DNA of 64,000 bases, from the NCBI GenBank assembly GCA_963749495.1, contig CAVVMW010000005.1, positions 288,001-352,000 of the forward strand. Direction: 5' to 3'. A model generated the notes under the pieces. That model saw only the letters and a program-made list of their open reading frames with translations, did not search any database and was not told the origin of the DNA. The DNA comes from an uncultured bacterium (GTDB lineage Bacteria > Verrucomicrobiota > Verrucomicrobiia > Limisphaerales > UBA8199). The position numbers and the translations under genes are program-made. The number at the start of each line of letters is the position of its first letter. Position 1 is the first letter of the stretch. Below are positions 60,468 through 64,000 of this stretch, piece after piece.

Positions 60468-61199
60468 TCACCCCGCAGGTGCGCGCCGTTTGTCGCGTCT
60501 GCCCTTTGAATCCGTGGTTGTCTGTGTTCGCTTGAAAATCACCAACCCGGTGAAACGGCGGCGCTGGTCGAACTGCAGCATGACCGGAAAGTGCTTCAAC
60601 AGCTTGCGCGGCAGTTCCCAGACAAAATGGCTGTAGGGCGGCATCTCGCCGCGTTTGTGCTTGCGCAGCTCCACCGTGACCAAGTGCGTGTCGAAGCGAA
60701 CTTCAACCCCGCTTTCCTCCAGCCGCACCAGCCGATCCGCCGCTATGGTCCAATCGTGCTTCCTGAACCAGCGCGACTGGCTTCGATGCGGGTTCAACAC
60801 CTCGACGTTGAGCTTCGCGCCATGGAAATCAATCGTGTCGTTGACCACGGTCGCCGCTTTTCGAGTGGGAAAGGTGCGCTCGGAATTCGGCACGGCCCGG
60901 CGGCCAATCGTTTTCTTTCCATGAAACGGGAGCAACAGCCATTGCTCCCTTGCGCCGCGAATGAGGCCGCAGACCTTGCAAACAAACTTCCCCTCGCGAT
61001 TCTTCCTCCAGCCGCTGCGATGACGGCATTGCATCGCCAAAAACTCCCATACCAGCCCAAGCTGTTGGTAGATCTCCGCGAACCGCTCCGCGTCCGCTCC
61101 CTCCCGCTTGAGCGCCGGATGCCGCGACACAAAGTCCATGCTGCGGAACAGCCGGCGGAGATCACGTTTCAGGCTCGCTTCTGTGGAACTGCTGTTCAT
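60468..61199 (-). CDS. Hypothetical protein with possible Zn finger
   Basis: 243-aa ORF, CxH...CKVC. Confidence 0.5.
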   Translation of the reverse strand: MNSSSTEASLKRDLRRLFRSMDFVSRHPALKREGADAERFAEIYQQLGLVWEFLAMQCRHRSGWRKNREGKFVCKVCGLIRGAREQWLLLPFHGKKTIGRRAVPNSERTFPTRKAATVVNDTIDFHGAKLNVEVLNPHRSQSRWFRKHDWTIAADRLVRLEESGVEVRFDTHLVTVELRKHKRGEMPPYSHFVWELPRKLLKHFPVMLQFDQRRRFTGLVIFKRTQTTTDSKGRRDKRRAPAG

Positions 61200-61949
61200 G
61201 GGACGAATACTATGCGCTGGTGGGGCAGGTCTGCCAGCCAGTTCCGACAGAGTTTTCGCTCCGGTTCAATCAGGTGCTGTCCGGGTTGCGCAAAAAAGGC
61301 GCCGGCTTGACCGACGAGGAGATGGACGCCCTGCGGCACCTCCTGACCGACGCGGCAATCAGCCCGGCTTTTGTCCGGCGGTTGGCGGCCGAACACGGGG
61401 CCGAATCCTTGGCGGACGCCCCAGGAGGCGTTCTGCACGATGGCCACCACCGTCGCCACCGCCCTGGAGATCGAGCCAAACAAAACTCACCCTCCTTCAT
61501 TGAGTGGTTTACATCAAGATTGAGAGCTGGTCGCAAAATTAACCGCAGAGAACACAAAGAACACAAAGACCTAACAGGATAAGGCAGTTCTTTGCGATCT
61601 CTGCGTTCTTCGCGGTTAATCCGTAATTCTGCAATCGGCTGTTAGGCCTTCTCCTCTCGCGGGTACTTGAAGATCAGGCCGGCCTTCATGGCCTTGGCCT
61701 TCAGCATCTCCGCTTCCACCGAGGTCAACGGTGTGAATTGTGGCGCCAGTTTCAACGCCAGGCGCAGGCACGGCTCGTGCGCCGGAGTGACGGCGGGGGT
61801 CACCGGATGGGAGAAGGTGAAGCGCAGCGCCAGCAGAGCCTCGGCGGGATTGAGCAGGGCTCGTACCAGCAGTTCGAGGCGAAGCGCGCCGCCTCTTTGG
61901 GCCAAGGCCCTTTGGCCATGGCCTTGAGGGCGAGAATGCCCATCTTCTT

Positions 61950-62090
61950 CTCCTGCGCCAGCCAGCTCTCGGGGTCGCCCACACGCTCGGGCTCAAACCA
62001 GACGATGAACCTCTTGCCCTGTTGATGCAGCCAATCGCTGAAGGGGCGGAAGCCCTTCGGGCAGCGTTCTGGATTCCAAACCGGTAAAAT
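61950..62090 (-). pseudogene. GH36 alpha-galactosidase fragment
   Basis: PERCPKGFRPFSDWLHQQGKRFIVWFEPE. Confidence 0.6.
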
Positions 62091-62224
62091 CTTGCCTCTG
62101 TGAGCTCGTTGATTACTATGTGAAGCGTTACCACAGTGGGAGGCGAATTGTTCCCTGAGAACCGCCCCGTTCGGATCCCCAGGGATTCTCATTTTTTATT
62201 TCCACCGCCTAAGATGGCAGGTTT

Positions 62225-62905
62225 TCATGGCGAATGCTGCCGGATGTCCACAGGCCGGTTCGCCTTCATTCTGGTTGCCAGCCCCGCCACGCGCTCGCCG
62301 AGCCGCCGGGCGCCATCAAGCGCTCCCTCGCCCACCCCCGGCCCCAGCGGCCCGGTAACGGCCGCGGCGCCCATTTCCCCCCAGATGCTGCCGGTTTTCT
62401 CGTTCTGATAAAGCGGCCCGGCCACCACCATCCGGTTATTCAGCATGAACAAGAGCAGAGAAACCACCACATGCTCCTGCCCGCCCACCTCGCCCCCGGC
62501 CGTGGCGAAAGCGCCTCCAACCTTGTCCGTGAAGTCCACCTTTAGTTTCCAATTCCAATCATCGATTGCCGATTTCATCTCCCCTGGGATGTTCGCAAAG
62601 TAGGTCGGACAACCCAGGATGATTCCATCGGCTCCTTCGAGGTCCGCCTTGGAAATATCGGCGACCCGCTTGAGCACGGCGACCGTGCCGGGCACGCGTT
62701 TGACTCCCTCGACAACCCCGCGAGCCATCTGCTCGGTGTTGCCTGTGCGCGAGTAATAGGCGACCAGAACGTGGGTTGCGCGCCCTGGAGAAGCGTTGCT
62801 TGCCGGGAAGATGCCCTCGGGAGTCCCGGAGAGCCCGGCTGTCGCAAACCCACAGATCAACGATACCAGCAGCCGTGGGCGGTTTCGATTAGATTGGTGG
62901 TTCAT
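62225..62905 (-). CDS. Flavodoxin/WrbA-like NAD(P)H oxidoreductase
   Basis: YYSRTGNT, GCPTYF, KVGGAFAT. Confidence 0.85.
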   Translation of the reverse strand: MNHQSNRNRPRLLVSLICGFATAGLSGTPEGIFPASNASPGRATHVLVAYYSRTGNTEQMARGVVEGVKRVPGTVAVLKRVADISKADLEGADGIILGCPTYFANIPGEMKSAIDDWNWKLKVDFTDKVGGAFATAGGEVGGQEHVVVSLLLFMLNNRMVVAGPLYQNEKTGSIWGEMGAAAVTGPLGPGVGEGALDGARRLGERVAGLATRMKANRPVDIRQHSP

Positions 62906-63034
62906 TGTCTTTTTGATGAATGAGAATCTGATGTTCCGGTCAGCACGCACAGACCAGGCTAGCCTGGTCGAGCCATATCTTGCCAGGATATTCCTTCGCA
63001 GCGTCATCTGAAGGGCGCACGACAGAATTCTTCG

Positions 63035-63090
63035 CTGCCGCCTAAAGGCGGCGTTCCGCAGCCAACCGGAACGCCGCCTTCAGGCGGCAG
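63035..63090. repeat. REP-like inverted pair
   Basis: CTGCCGCCTAAAGGCGGCGTTCCG...CGGAACGCCGCCTTCAGGCGGCAG. Confidence 0.75.
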
Positions 63091-63299
63091 GATGGCCGGT
63101 CGAAGAAATCCGTCGTGCGCCCTCATCTGAATCGCGCCGCGGCTCAAAACGACGCGAACCCACTTTCCTCTTGTCCCAATAGGCCCGGCGGCCTACGGTT
63201 CGCACCAACACGAAGAATCAGCCGCCAATCAACAGATGCCAGTGGCCGCGATGCCAGGGCGGCATGGTCCCTCTTTTTTCCGTGCGATTATGGTGTCCG

Positions 63300-64000
63300 G
63301 TGAAACTCGTTCTCCCCGCAGTCGGTCTGGCCTTTCTGCTTGCTGCTCCGCTGGCGGCTGAAATCTCACCACCTGGCCGCTTTGAATCGCTCGGCATCCC
63401 TGTGCGCGTCGGCGGGTTGATGGGGTGCGTGGCCGGCTCGAATGGCCGCGGGGGCCAGGCGCTGTATTTCAACTTCAATCAGATCAGTGGCAAGTTGTTC
63501 CTCGTCCAAGTGGATCCCGACACTGGCGAGGCGCGTCAGTTCAACGCGCCGGAAGGCCCCGGAGCCTGGGCGCTCATCGCCGGGCCGGATGAGAAGATTT
63601 ACCTGGGGACCTGGGACGGCGGGTTGATTCTGCGTTTCGACCCGAAGCAGCCGGACAAGGGCATCGAGGTCGTCGGCAAACCGTCTTGGACCGAGGAGTA
63701 TCTCTGGCAATACGACATCGGCAAGGACGGCAAACTTTACGCCTGCACTTATCCGCAGGCCAAGCTCGTCAGCTTCGATCCGAAGACCGGCGCAATGGAG
63801 GATCTGGGCCGCATGCACCCGAGCGAGATGTATGCGCGGAGCGTCGCGGTTGGACCGAACGGCAAGGTGTATGTGGGCATCGGCACTGAGAAGGGCGATC
63901 TGGTCGTGTTCGATCCCGCGACGAAGCAACATCACAGTCTCATTCCGCCCGGACTGCGCGGCTCGGCGGGCTGGAGGACGGTCGGCGTCTCGCGACGAGG
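63300..64000 (+). CDS. Secreted beta-propeller protein, runs off the window
   Basis: GTG start, signal peptide, repeated (D/N)GK(L/V/I)Y..T..FDP blades. Confidence 0.75.
   Translation, partial: MKLVLPAVGLAFLLAAPLAAEISPPGRFESLGIPVRVGGLMGCVAGSNGRGGQALYFNFNQISGKLFLVQVDPDTGEARQFNAPEGPGAWALIAGPDEKIYLGTWDGGLILRFDPKQPDKGIEVVGKPSWTEEYLWQYDIGKDGKLYACTYPQAKLVSFDPKTGAMEDLGRMHPSEMYARSVAVGPNGKVYVGIGTEKGDLVVFDPATKQHHSLIPPGLRGSAGWRTVGVSRR

Overview
GC-rich bacterial DNA. Gene content (many secreted CAZymes, DUF1080, DUF5597, Gfo/Idh/MocA, ECF sigma-FecR pair) suggests Verrucomicrobiota or a related PVC lineage; this is an inference. Most of the window is sugar-utilisation genes. It also holds a type III restriction-modification locus with an AAA-ATPase/TOPRIM pair between mod and res, and four small toxin-antitoxin modules. 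Many genes are truncated, frameshifted or fused, so either the assembly is mosaic or the genome is decaying. The standout is a minus-strand RNA operon at about 34.0-41.7 kb. It has 27 tRNA genes with readable anticodons, all with G55 instead of the universal U55, and several with non-standard folds: short-variable-arm Leu tRNAs with an extra helix, a D-armless 8/4 Tyr, an 8/4 Ser and a long-arm Thr. Interleaved are an RtcB ligase, a Ro60/TROVE remnant flanked by two tRNA-like non-tRNA RNAs, a GIY-YIG nuclease and an HNH nuclease. A rare-codon leader-peptide attenuator precedes the array and a perfect 18-bp inverted repeat brackets it. Three palindromic element families have invaded it, one sitting exactly at CCA ends and inside T and D arms. 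All tRNA calls and folds were made by eye.
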